In this document: positions 39,107 through 48,600 of the stretch, in pieces
Numbering within the stretch: the first letter of the stretch is position 1
Layout: every line of letters begins with the position of its first letter
Assembly: GCA_017461365.1 (NCBI GenBank)
Contig: JAFTYG010000047.1
Location: 9,298 to 73,297 of the forward strand
Direction: 5' to 3'
Origin: Clostridia bacterium
GTDB lineage: Bacteria > Bacillota > Clostridia > Oscillospirales > CAG-272
Length of the DNA stretch: 64,000 nucleotides
Notes under the pieces: generated by a model
The model's input: only the letters and a program-made list of their open reading frames with translations
Databases searched by the model: none
Told to the model about the DNA's origin: nothing
Made by a program: the position numbers and the translations under genes

Positions 39107-40951
39107 TTATTTTTCCTTTATTTTCGGCATTTCGGTAATACGCAGAGTGGTGCATCCGTACGGGATGAGTGTCATCTCTCTTGCCTCTCCCGTGGGATTT
39201 TTGCTTCTCGGAGCGCTTCTTGCTACCGTGGTATATCCCTCCTCATAGCCCCAATCTATCGGGCAGAGGCATGCGGTGAGCTTTACGGGAGGATATTTCT
39301 CCGAAAAGGGTACGTCCCCGACCTCGCTCTCGCTAAGGCAAAGGGCTGTATCCGCAAGGGCGTACTGCCATTCGCTCTTCCCCGTTATACTGTAATCGCA
39401 GTAGGGGAATTTTCTCTCCACTCCGTTTGAGGTATATTCCTTTTGCGTCCATTCGCTCTCGATAGGAAGCGCGAAAACGAGCGAGCCGCACTCGACGGCG
39501 CTCATGCCGCCAGGTCTTTTTACCACTCCCGCAGTTGCGTTATAGGTTATCCTTATCTCGGTCGTACCCGCCTCGAAATCCGAAAAACGCAGCATTCCCT
39601 TTTTGGCGACAGGTCTGCCGTTTACCGAAAGATCCTCGGCAAAGAACGGGATGCGCACGCGGAGAGTCATATTTGTCTTTTTCTCTGCCTCAATGTGATA
39701 GATAAAGCTGTTTTTAAAGGGATAATCGGTATGGAGCGTGACCTTGACGTTCACGCCGTCAAAGCAGTCACGCACCTCGGAGGGTATTGGAACTGCGCTG
39801 ACTATTCCGTCCTCGGCTCTCATAAATGCCGAAAGCGCGAGCTTGGGCCAGCCCTGACCGAAGTTTGCGGTACAGCATCCGAAGTGAGGCTCAAGTCCGA
39901 ACATATGCGCCTGTCCGCCGTTGGTACGGAAGGGCGGATGTCCCGTCAGCCTTGTACAGTCTATCTGATTGACCATCTGCACGTACTGATGCGTCCACAT
40001 ATCCTCGCTGACCGTTGCGGGGAGGGCGTTGAACGCGACCTTTTCAAGACGCTCCGCCCACTTTTTATCACCCGTGTAGGCGTAAAGAAGCTCATATGAG
40101 TACATCTGCTCGACCACGGAGCAGAGCTCTGTTCCCTGTATTGGGCTTCTGCCCGAGAGACATTCGTCGCCCGTAAAGGTGCCGACGGCGGTGCCATTAT
40201 ATTTATCAAGCACACGGTAAAGACGTTCGGCAAGGTCGGTATATTTCTCACCGAGCAGGTCGCATGAGACCGCCTCGGATTTGAGCATCATCACAAGGTT
40301 TACGATATGTGTTTCAAGCTCCCACGCATACATGGGCTTTTTCCACATATCGGTAAATTTTCCGTAATCCGCGCCCTGCTCTTTAAGGAGCTTTGCCAGC
40401 TCCTCTATCCACGCATCGTCGGGATAGAGCTTTTTGAGCGTATTCAGCGCTATAAACGCCTCGAACCAACGGAACTGTCCCCATCTGAAAAGAGTTATGC
40501 GTCCCGTGGAGAGAAGCTCATAGTAGTTCTTCATCAGTCTGTAAAGGACGTCGGGTATTCTTTCGTCGCCCGAGCACTCATAATAGACGGTGAGCACCTT
40601 GGATATGAGCTGTACTGCCCAGTTATCATATTTTTCGATGGGTGTGTCGCCGTTGGGGCATATCCATCCGTCGGAACGCTGAAATTCGAGGATCTTATCT
40701 ATATAGCGCTTTGCTCTCGCCTTCATATCCTCATCGTCAAGAAGATAGGCAAGAGGGATGAAGCCGTCGAGCCAATAGGGTACTCTCTCCCAGCCCTCTC
40801 TGTCTCCGCCTATCCACATACTGTCGCGGACGTCAGGCCAGACGCGGTCGAGATTTCCCGCGAGTCCGTCGGCTTCAATTCTGAGCTGTCGGCGCATCCA
40901 TCCGCGGGGCTTTATTTCTTTTGATGTATAAAGTGAAAATGTATTCTGCAT
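39107..40951 (-). CDS. GH127-like glycoside hydrolase (beta-L-arabinofuranosidase family)
   Basis: GWERVPYWLDG, FTGDE, TELCSVVE, FGCCTAN, LIPYG. Confidence 0.85.
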   Translation of the reverse strand: MQNTFSLYTSKEIKPRGWMRRQLRIEADGLAGNLDRVWPDVRDSMWIGGDREGWERVPYWLDGFIPLAYLLDDEDMKARAKRYIDKILEFQRSDGWICPNGDTPIEKYDNWAVQLISKVLTVYYECSGDERIPDVLYRLMKNYYELLSTGRITLFRWGQFRWFEAFIALNTLKKLYPDDAWIEELAKLLKEQGADYGKFTDMWKKPMYAWELETHIVNLVMMLKSEAVSCDLLGEKYTDLAERLYRVLDKYNGTAVGTFTGDECLSGRSPIQGTELCSVVEQMYSYELLYAYTGDKKWAERLEKVAFNALPATVSEDMWTHQYVQMVNQIDCTRLTGHPPFRTNGGQAHMFGLEPHFGCCTANFGQGWPKLALSAFMRAEDGIVSAVPIPSEVRDCFDGVNVKVTLHTDYPFKNSFIYHIEAEKKTNMTLRVRIPFFAEDLSVNGRPVAKKGMLRFSDFEAGTTEIRITYNATAGVVKRPGGMSAVECGSLVFALPIESEWTQKEYTSNGVERKFPYCDYSITGKSEWQYALADTALCLSESEVGDVPFSEKYPPVKLTACLCPIDWGYEEGYTTVARSAPRSKNPTGEAREMTLIPYGCTTLRITEMPKIKEK

Positions 40952-41009
40952 TTTATCCTCTCTGCTGTGTAAGAGGGCTGAGTCGTACGACTCAGCCCCT
41001 TGATAGCTT

Positions 41010-41324
41010 TTAAATATCTACCCAAGGAAGATCGACGTCGCCCTCATAGGGGTAGTTAGTCTCCTTTTCGTCCTCATCGGTACTATCTCCGCCCGAGGGG
41101 GTATTGTCGCCGCCTGAGGGGGTGTTATCACCGCCCGAGGGGGTGTTATCTCCACCTGAGGGAGTATCTCCGTCGTCATCCTCATCTTCGTTTGGCTCGG
41201 TCTCGGTCACGCTCACAGACTCGGTCTGTGACTCACTGCCGCCCTCATTGTCATCCGTGCAGGCGGCAAAGAGTGTGAGGAGCAAAAGGAGCGAGAGAGA
41301 CAGCGCAAGAAGTTTTCTGATCAT
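41010..41324 (-). CDS. Small low-complexity lipoprotein
   Basis: Lipobox FAAC; acidic linker with TPSGGD(N/S) x4; ends DVDLPWVDI. Confidence 0.75.
   Translation of the reverse strand: MIRKLLALSLSLLLLLTLFAACTDDNEGGSESQTESVSVTETEPNEDEDDDGDTPSGGDNTPSGGDNTPSGGDNTPSGGDSTDEDEKETNYPYEGDVDLPWVDI
41085..41171 (-). repeat. 21-bp coding tandem repeat (4 units)
   Basis: Units such as ATCTCCGCCCGAGGGGGTATT that differ mostly at synonymous positions. Confidence 0.85.
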
Positions 41325-41326
41325 TT

Positions 41327-41479
41327 TCAGAAGCCTCCGCCAATATCGCCGCCATCAAAGCCATAGGACGAAAGCTCTATGACTCCGTCGGCTCCGAGGA
41401 ATGCCGCGCTTGCCGTAATAACGTCAGCCGCAGATACCGAAGCTATAGAAATTTCGGGTGTCGTATAGTTCTTTTTCAT
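41327..41479 (-). CDS. 50-aa peptide with leader-like N-terminus
   Basis: SD GGAGGT before ATG 41479; MKKNYTTPEISIASVSAADVITAS followed by a Gly/Asp-rich tail. Confidence 0.7.
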   Translation of the reverse strand: MKKNYTTPEISIASVSAADVITASAAFLGADGVIELSSYGFDGGDIGGGF

Positions 41480-41498
41480 AATCGTTACCTCCGTATGA

Positions 41499-43955
41499 TC
41501 ACGATGCGAGGCTGTCCGCATATGCGGATGCCGATACACCGTAGTCGTAGAGAGCCTTTACAAGATCGACCTCGAGAGCGGTCAGCTCGCTGTCTGCGAG
41601 AGCCATTGCGAAATAGTCTGTAAGAACTGTGTAGGTGAGAGTCTGAACGTCTGTACCGTCAACGCTGAGAGTAACGGTAAGAGGAGTATCGAGGTCACAC
41701 GCGCCGATACCGCCGAATACGGCAATTCCGTCCTTAACGTCAACTGCTACCGCCTCGTCATCCCCGAGCTCGAAGCTTGCCTTTACTGCCGCGGTGCTAT
41801 CTGCGGGAGTAGTGACGAAGAGCTTGAGCGCGAGAGCGTTTTCAAGTCGGAGAGCCGCGCCTGCCATATCGTAGCCTGCGGAGGTCGTTTCGGACTTATT
41901 TGCAGTGCTTGTAAGATTAAGAGCTGCAAAATCTGTCTTTTGTCCGAGAGCCGCTACCGCTGTGGACGCGGCAGTGTCAAGGATGGGAGAGGTGACGTTT
42001 GCCACACCGCCTGCGACGAAGGTCTGCGCCGCGCCTGCGTATCTGAGAAGATCAGCCGCCGCGTTCTTAGCCGCGTCCGATACACCCTTGGTTGCGATAA
42101 GCTTGAGGCAATAATCCTTTACGCTTGTCTCGACCGTATTGGAGACTGCGACGTCTCCTACCTTACCGTTTACGGTAATCTTTACCGTCTTGCCTGCATC
42201 CTGAGGAAGTATGCCGTCGCAGATCACCGTTGCAGTGCCGTCGGCTGTGCTTACCTTTGCTGTGTAGGTATTGCCGTCTATTGTGTAGGCAGCGCTCTCG
42301 ACAGTTGCGCCGTTATTGGTCACTGCCTTTACCTTGAGAGCAAGGTCGTTGCCGAGAGAAACGGCGGTCTGTGTTACCTCTATATCCTCATAAACTATCT
42401 CGAAATCGGAATAGCTTACCGAGTAGTTAGCGGCGTTTGTGCTGTCGCTGTAGGTCTGGATGATAGCTATCTGGTCGATAGTCTTTGCAAGACCAAGCTC
42501 AACTGCTTTGTCAAAGCCTACAAGTATTTTACTGTGCCAAGAGCCACCAATGCTTGCAAAGAAGCTGTCCATAGGAATATATACATATCCCTTATATCCC
42601 GCAGGAAGAGCTATTGAATCTGCATGTGTATTTATTGCCGTAAGATTTGTTGCGTCACCGTAGCAAGGAACGACGTTACCGTCAGCATCGTAAACGTACG
42701 CTGTGCTTCCAGCAGTTCTTGTAACGTACTGAATGGCGGTGTAATTATTTTGGGATGCATTTGCCGCCTCAAGAGTTACGAAATCGGTAGTACCGTTTTT
42801 GGTATTCGTGAGAAGCGTATATCCACCGCTGATCTGGTCGGGCTCTACGGTATCCTTCAAGCGGATACGGAGAAGAAGCTGTTCGGTTCCGAGTGAGCTT
42901 GAGTCAACGTAGAAGCGAATGCCGCTTGCCGTACTGAGGTCACGCGTTTTTATAGTGCTTGATCCGAGCCATACTCTCTTATCGGAAACACTTGTCGAGT
43001 TGTTACCCGTATTGCCCGCTATAGTGAGGACGCCGTCGGAAACGACAGCGGACCAGTTGTCATTCTTGTTTTCCTGATTGGTTATCTTGATATTGGGAAG
43101 AAGCTCTGCAGAGGAAGCGTTTTCGGAAACAAATCCGTACTCGGGATATATTGTATATATATCGCTGAATGTAAGAGTCATTGCCGTACCGTCGGTATTT
43201 TTTAAGTTCTTATCCTGTCTTATTCTCATATTCCAGATAAGACCTGTTCCGTCGGAATACTTTTCCATAAACTCAACAAAGTTCATTCCCCAAGCGGAGT
43301 CCTCTTTATTTACGCATCCTGCGTCATCGTAGATGTAGTAGAACGAGGTAAAGGGGATATAATACCATGCGTCGCCAAACGTGCCGATAAAGTAGTTACC
43401 GCCCTCTTTCTGCTCGTGCTTTGACCATCCGTTTTCACCGTAGGTATAGTATGTACATACGCCTCCGGGAACAGAGACCTTACCGCCGTTGTAGTCAACG
43501 ACGCTCGTTGTAAAGCGCACGTCTCCGTTGCTTGTGGTTCCCGCGTCGTATCTTTTATGCGTTCCATTAAAGCTTATGTTGAATTCGGAACATTTTGTAT
43601 CGTCAGATGACTCAAGATAGAACATAATGCCTGCCGCACCATAAGCGAGTCTTGTGGTAAGAGCCGCATCGGGACTTGCCCATATAAATGCATCATTCGT
43701 TCCGCTGGTAGACACCCATTTTCCGTTCTCTATTTTTGCCATAGAGGTGTTTTTGGTGGTGGTTATCTTCTCGTTAAAGTCTGCAAACAGGGGCATATAG
43801 CCTATGTTATTTACCGTATTTCCGTTGGGATAGGTCGTGGGCATTGCGGGAGTCGCCGTTGCTTCGGTGGCCGATGCCGAGAATATACCCATAGGTATGA
43901 TACTGACGATCATCAGAGCCGCCAAAGCCAATGAGATAAGCTTTGTCTTTTTCAT
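41499..43955 (-). CDS. Secreted 818-aa surface protein with duplicated C-terminal module
   Basis: Signal peptide ending SASA; CBM-like segments (WYYIPFTSF, YVYIPMDSF); two C-terminal repeats ending LLRYAGAA and LYDYGVSA. Confidence 0.75.
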   Translation of the reverse strand: MKKTKLISLALAALMIVSIIPMGIFSASATEATATPAMPTTYPNGNTVNNIGYMPLFADFNEKITTTKNTSMAKIENGKWVSTSGTNDAFIWASPDAALTTRLAYGAAGIMFYLESSDDTKCSEFNISFNGTHKRYDAGTTSNGDVRFTTSVVDYNGGKVSVPGGVCTYYTYGENGWSKHEQKEGGNYFIGTFGDAWYYIPFTSFYYIYDDAGCVNKEDSAWGMNFVEFMEKYSDGTGLIWNMRIRQDKNLKNTDGTAMTLTFSDIYTIYPEYGFVSENASSAELLPNIKITNQENKNDNWSAVVSDGVLTIAGNTGNNSTSVSDKRVWLGSSTIKTRDLSTASGIRFYVDSSSLGTEQLLLRIRLKDTVEPDQISGGYTLLTNTKNGTTDFVTLEAANASQNNYTAIQYVTRTAGSTAYVYDADGNVVPCYGDATNLTAINTHADSIALPAGYKGYVYIPMDSFFASIGGSWHSKILVGFDKAVELGLAKTIDQIAIIQTYSDSTNAANYSVSYSDFEIVYEDIEVTQTAVSLGNDLALKVKAVTNNGATVESAAYTIDGNTYTAKVSTADGTATVICDGILPQDAGKTVKITVNGKVGDVAVSNTVETSVKDYCLKLIATKGVSDAAKNAAADLLRYAGAAQTFVAGGVANVTSPILDTAASTAVAALGQKTDFAALNLTSTANKSETTSAGYDMAGAALRLENALALKLFVTTPADSTAAVKASFELGDDEAVAVDVKDGIAVFGGIGACDLDTPLTVTLSVDGTDVQTLTYTVLTDYFAMALADSELTALEVDLVKALYDYGVSASAYADSLAS

Positions 43956-44027
43956 AAGTTTCTCCTTTCACTTTCGTGTAATTTATTTTTTCACCCTCTC
44001 GGAGTGACAGAGCCCAACTTAAGTTTT

Positions 44028-45539
44028 TTACTGTGCGCGGTTGTTATTACGGAAGTCGGCAAGCAGCTCCATAAGCTCGTTCTGTGTTGCCCCTCCGTAG
44101 GTCGCCCACTGATTTTCAAGGATATTCTTAGGATCCTTTACCTTGCCCGTTACAAAATTGCGTCTCCATATGTACTCGATGGGGTTAGTCATTGTAAACT
44201 GACAAAGTCTGCCGAAGTCGTAAACAACGGCATCGCGCAAGATCTCGAACACCTTTACGCCGTTTGCGTCCTGCGAATATCTGTCCTTGAGCACGGTATC
44301 ATAGTAGAAGGGCGCTACGTTACGGTATTCGGAGGATGCTATCGCCTCGAGAACCACGCCAGAAAGCTCGGCATTGTCTGTGGTCTTGGGGATGCACCAC
44401 ATATCGTAACCGTTGTTCTGCATCGTGCAGTATTCGCCCTCCTCGTCGATCTTGGGTATCGGGATAGGCGCGTAGGAGTTATCCGTCAAGCCGTCTACAT
44501 TACCCATTGATGCGAGCATGAGCGCTGTCTTTTTGTTATACATAAGCGATGCGGTATTATCGGCTATCTCTACCTCTTCGAGCTTGAAGAAGGTGATAAG
44601 GGGATCGAGGTAGTCTATTACTCTCGTTCGGTAGCTTGCGTCGTTCCACGTCATTTCCGCAACGCCCTTATCGTTATTGAGTGTCTGATGGAAGCCTGCT
44701 CCGTAGTAGAGCGCGTCGGTTCTCGAGTGGTCGTCGACAACGAATCCGTAGACCTCGCCCGGCTTTGCTATCGCATCGCCGTGGAAGTTCTTTGCGTACT
44801 CCATCATCTTCTCTACCGTCCATTTACCCTCAAGAACGAGCTCTACGGGATCCTTGAGTCCCGAGCCGACTATCATCTCGGTATAAGAGAACATTACGAA
44901 CATCGAACGTATAGCAAGCGCTGACGAGTTGTTTGCTACAAAGTAAAGTCCGTCGTACTGCTCCCACTCGGAGATAGCGTCGGGCCACCAGGGCATTTCG
45001 AGATTGGGATATTTGAGATTATTGATATTTACAAGCAGACCTTGCTGTGCGAGCACTGCGGGATAAAGGCTGTACGTCTGTATCAGATCGTAATCGCCCG
45101 CGCCCGATTTTACCTCTGTAACAAAGGCGTTTCTTACCACTGCACCCGGATCGTTACCCGTTGCCGCAATATACGTTACGTCAAGCTGAATATCAAGTCT
45201 TGCCTCAACGCTCAGCTTATTGAAGTATATTTTGGAGTACAGCTGTACGTTTCCTCCGCCGCTGTCCTCGGGAAGTGTGTATCTTTCACTGCCCTTCCAG
45301 CCGAGGACTCTTACCTTTTCGCCGTTATAGGTGGTATCGGGAAGATCGTCCATAACGTAGCCGTTTTCATCGGTCTCATAAACCTTTTCGGTATCCGTCG
45401 TTTCGACTACGTCGGTCACTTCGTTGCTCTCGCTTTCGCTATCGGTGCTGTCGGTGTTATCCTGATTACACGCAACGAGCACACTGAGCAGCATCAGCGC
45501 GCAAAGTGAAAGACACAGAAGTCTTTTGAAATTCTTCAT
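44028..45539 (-). CDS. Extracellular solute-binding lipoprotein (carbohydrate ABC-type)
   Basis: Lipobox LVAC; DDLP...YNG, GDYDLI, MPWW, GKWTVEKM, PIPK, YYDTVLK. Confidence 0.8.
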   Translation of the reverse strand: MKNFKRLLCLSLCALMLLSVLVACNQDNTDSTDSESESNEVTDVVETTDTEKVYETDENGYVMDDLPDTTYNGEKVRVLGWKGSERYTLPEDSGGGNVQLYSKIYFNKLSVEARLDIQLDVTYIAATGNDPGAVVRNAFVTEVKSGAGDYDLIQTYSLYPAVLAQQGLLVNINNLKYPNLEMPWWPDAISEWEQYDGLYFVANNSSALAIRSMFVMFSYTEMIVGSGLKDPVELVLEGKWTVEKMMEYAKNFHGDAIAKPGEVYGFVVDDHSRTDALYYGAGFHQTLNNDKGVAEMTWNDASYRTRVIDYLDPLITFFKLEEVEIADNTASLMYNKKTALMLASMGNVDGLTDNSYAPIPIPKIDEEGEYCTMQNNGYDMWCIPKTTDNAELSGVVLEAIASSEYRNVAPFYYDTVLKDRYSQDANGVKVFEILRDAVVYDFGRLCQFTMTNPIEYIWRRNFVTGKVKDPKNILENQWATYGGATQNELMELLADFRNNNRAQ

Positions 45540-45655
45540 TTCTTTTCCTCTCTTTCTTAGGTTTTGTTTTTTATACACAGACAGCCTCCCCATAGGCTGT
45601 CAAGCATATCGTATTCTTTGAGGTAAAAACCTCATCTGTCGCCCATCAAGTGTCC

Positions 45656-47521
45656 TTATTCCACCTTTATTGTGGTGGTGAATTCGCTTGTATAATTTGT
45701 ATCGACGTTATCGCGTATCCATTTATTGAATTCGTAATTCGTCTTTGTTCCGAGACAACGTCCGTCGGTATCGTATCTGTAAGGATCGCACGCCCAGAAG
45801 CAAATATCGGGATCCATCAGCTCGTATATGCCGTTGCAGGCGCCGTTAAAGCCGTGGTGCGTAAGCTGAAGGATGTCGCATTTGAGCTCTGCGCCGTAGG
45901 TCGCCATTATCTCCTCGCAGTTCGTTCTCTCCGTGTCGCCCATTACCATAAATACCGTCTCGCTTCCGTCTGCGGCTTCCATTGTTATACGGAAAACACT
46001 GCTTGTATGGTTTCCCGTCGAGTAGGGGTTAGGGAAATAATCCTCCTGCGTGTAAAGTATCTCTATCTCGCATCCGGGGAAATAGAGCTTTTGCCCCGTA
46101 TGGAACACGAAGTGCTTTGCTCTTTCCGCGGCAGGAAAGGCGTTGATCCTTATCTTGAAAAGGCTCGCATTCGTTGCCATCGCCGCACCGCCGCCCTCGA
46201 CTATCTCGGTATTATAGAGGTCGGGGAAATTGTAGCCCGCAAGCTCTACCCTTACGTTATCCTTATAGGTCTCAAGGAACTGATTTGCAAGTCCCGTATG
46301 GTCGCCGTGGGCATGTGTGATGAACCATGCGGCGATGACGGGCTTACCCTCGTTCGGGTTATTCTCTACAAGAAAATCGTAGAGCTTCTTTGCGTCCTCG
46401 GTCGTCTTTTGTCCGTCCTCTGCCCACTCTCCGCTCTCCTTTGTGAGCATCGTTACCGTTCCGTCGGCAGGGCCTCCGTCAATTATGATATATCTTCCGT
46501 CGGCAAGCTGTATGACGTATCCCATACCGGGCGCGCCGTCAACTCTCTTTGCCGCGGCGTTCCATCCGTTGTAGACCTGATCTCTGCCGAGCTGTGTTAT
46601 AGAGGGTGTCGTTACGGCATTTTCGGGATATGCCAATTTCTGAGTTTCGGGAAGGTATCCGCGCACTCCGTAAACGACCTTGAACGTGCCGTCGTGGGGA
46701 TAGAACATAGTATGCGCCGCTGTCTCCACGCCATCCTTCTTTGCCGTGTAGGTAGCGAACTTATTGTTTCCGATAGTATTTTCGGTATAGAGCGTAAAGC
46801 CCCTTTTCTTCATCTCGTCGGCGTAAGCGTTGACCTCTGCTTCGGTCGTGCCCCTTACGGACACCTCAAAGTTACCCTCGCCCGCGCTGTACACGCCCTC
46901 AAGCTCGCCAGACGCCGTATTATAGACGGGAACGGCGATCTTTACGCCCGACTCGTCGTATTCGTAATAATAGTCTCTCGGAAGCGTCCAGTTTCCGTTT
47001 TCGTCCTCCTCGAGTGCGGTCATAAGTCTTGTGAGCGCTCTGTCAAGAAGCTGATCTGAAAAGGCGCTGACGACTATCTTCTCTCCCACGATCTCGACGC
47101 GGCATCCCGAATACGAAAGCTTTTCGTAAGCGTCCGCCGCCTCGGCGCGTCCTGCGACGTTACCCATGAGTATCTCTTTTTCGGTCTCGCTCTCGCTCTC
47201 GGTGTACATTACGTTTCTCAGATTGAATTTTGTCTTATCCTTTACGTCGTCAAAGAAGTCTTGCATCACGTCTGTCGTGGCAATATTCATAGTTCTCGGG
47301 CGGATGAATTTATATTCGCTCTCGCCGCCGCAGATGACGATCAAGTTTTCCATATCGGTATTTCCTCCTGTTTCGGTCTCTGTTCCCATATTCGTTTCGC
47401 TTTCTGTTTCGGCTTGCGTGCTTGTCTCTGTTTCTCCGTTATCGGGTGGCGAGCTGTCGCAAGCTCCCATTCCCACGGCAAGCAACAGCAGAAGCGACGC
47501 GAGTCTGAGCATTTTTTTCAT
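45656..47521 (-). CDS. MBL-fold metallo-hydrolase lipoprotein
   Basis: Lipobox MGAC; IIIDGG, THAHGDH, NHTS, GD, QLTHHG. Confidence 0.82.
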   Translation of the reverse strand: MKKMLRLASLLLLLAVGMGACDSSPPDNGETETSTQAETESETNMGTETETGGNTDMENLIVICGGESEYKFIRPRTMNIATTDVMQDFFDDVKDKTKFNLRNVMYTESESETEKEILMGNVAGRAEAADAYEKLSYSGCRVEIVGEKIVVSAFSDQLLDRALTRLMTALEEDENGNWTLPRDYYYEYDESGVKIAVPVYNTASGELEGVYSAGEGNFEVSVRGTTEAEVNAYADEMKKRGFTLYTENTIGNNKFATYTAKKDGVETAAHTMFYPHDGTFKVVYGVRGYLPETQKLAYPENAVTTPSITQLGRDQVYNGWNAAAKRVDGAPGMGYVIQLADGRYIIIDGGPADGTVTMLTKESGEWAEDGQKTTEDAKKLYDFLVENNPNEGKPVIAAWFITHAHGDHTGLANQFLETYKDNVRVELAGYNFPDLYNTEIVEGGGAAMATNASLFKIRINAFPAAERAKHFVFHTGQKLYFPGCEIEILYTQEDYFPNPYSTGNHTSSVFRITMEAADGSETVFMVMGDTERTNCEEIMATYGAELKCDILQLTHHGFNGACNGIYELMDPDICFWACDPYRYDTDGRCLGTKTNYEFNKWIRDNVDTNYTSEFTTTIKVE

Positions 47522-47556
47522 CGGCTTTTCCTCCTTATCTGTTTGCACATTGAAAA

Positions 47557-47782
47557 AATTGACTTATTTTATCAAACATATTGCAAAAATTGATATTTTG
47601 TAAATTTGATTGCAAATTGTGACTTATCGGTTTTCCACGTATTTGTCAAATATGCTCAAAAACCTTCCTATAATTTTTGCAAAACATACAATTGACTTAT
47701 TTTCTTTTCTATTGTATAATAACATAAAAGCTAAAAAAATGCAATTGTAAAAACAGATATGTTTATTGCAAAAATTGATATT
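47557..47782. promoter_or_regulatory. Divergent promoter region with paired direct repeats (candidate AraC sites)
   Basis: ATTGCAAAAATTGATATT at 47580 and 47765; AATTGACTTATTTT at 47557 and 47690. Confidence 0.55.
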
Positions 47783-47794
47783 CAGAGGTAAAAT

Positions 47795-48550
47795 ATGTTT
47801 TTAGATTTCACTCCGTCTCCGAGTTTTATCTTTTGCGGGACTAAAGTCTTTGTGCCTAACGAGAAGCACGTTACCCGTCGCTTCAACCGAAGCGTGCTTA
47901 TTCTTATGGCGGAGGGAGAGCTGAAATTTTTGGAGGACGGCAAGCTCATAACTCTGACTCCGGGGGAATATTACATTCAGCGCGACGGGCTTTTGCAGCA
48001 GGGGGTGGGGCTCAGCTCCCTGCCCGTTTATTTCTTTATTGAATTCAGCGCTACCTATTCCGAAAGCCAATCAGGGCTTCCGCTTCGCGGCAGATTTGAT
48101 CACAAGAAGGTCGCATCCTTTATGGAGAGCTGTGAGAGTCAGTTTGTAAAAAAGAACTCAAATGCGTTCAAGCTCAATTCGTATATGCTCCGCATTTTCA
48201 GCGAGCTTCTTGAGAGCACGCCCGCAAGCAACGAGAATAATACGCTTGCAGAGCGCGTACGCAATTTTATCGACTCACAGTACAACTCTCAGGTAAGCCT
48301 TTCGGATATTGCAAAAAAATTCGGCTACACCGAGGAGTACATTCTGCGGATATTCAAAAAGCATTACGGCACGTCGCCGCATCAATATCTGATAAAGCTG
48401 CGCATGGAGCACGCGATGTGGCTGCTTGAAAACACCGATATTTCGGTAGAGCAGACGGCGCTATCGGTAGGATACACCGATTTTTCGGCGTTTTATCGGA
48501 GCTTTAAAAAGACCTACGGGACGTCGCCCGGGGTGATGAAGAAGAAATAA
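47795..48550 (+). CDS. AraC family regulator
   Basis: SLSDIAKKFGYTEEYILRIFKK...VGYTDFSAFYRSFKKTYGTSP. Confidence 0.92.
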   Translation: MFLDFTPSPSFIFCGTKVFVPNEKHVTRRFNRSVLILMAEGELKFLEDGKLITLTPGEYYIQRDGLLQQGVGLSSLPVYFFIEFSATYSESQSGLPLRGRFDHKKVASFMESCESQFVKKNSNAFKLNSYMLRIFSELLESTPASNENNTLAERVRNFIDSQYNSQVSLSDIAKKFGYTEEYILRIFKKHYGTSPHQYLIKLRMEHAMWLLENTDISVEQTALSVGYTDFSAFYRSFKKTYGTSPGVMKKK

Positions 48551-48589
48551 AAAAAGCGAACCGTTTCGGGTGAAACGGTTCGCTTTTTT
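48551..48589. terminator. Bidirectional terminator
   Basis: AAAAAGCGAACCGTTTC-gggt-GAAACGGTTCGCTTTTT. Confidence 0.85.
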
Positions 48590-48600
48590 CAATGTGAAAT

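Noticed and set aside
41085-41171. Possible CRISPR-like repeat
   Set aside because: Contiguous 21-bp in-frame units without spacers, and no cas genes.
45650-47059. 469-aa ORF antisense to the MBL lipoprotein (similarly 57918-59192 opposite htpG and 31526-32428 opposite the symporter)
   Set aside because: Fully overlap well-supported genes and have non-protein-like composition.
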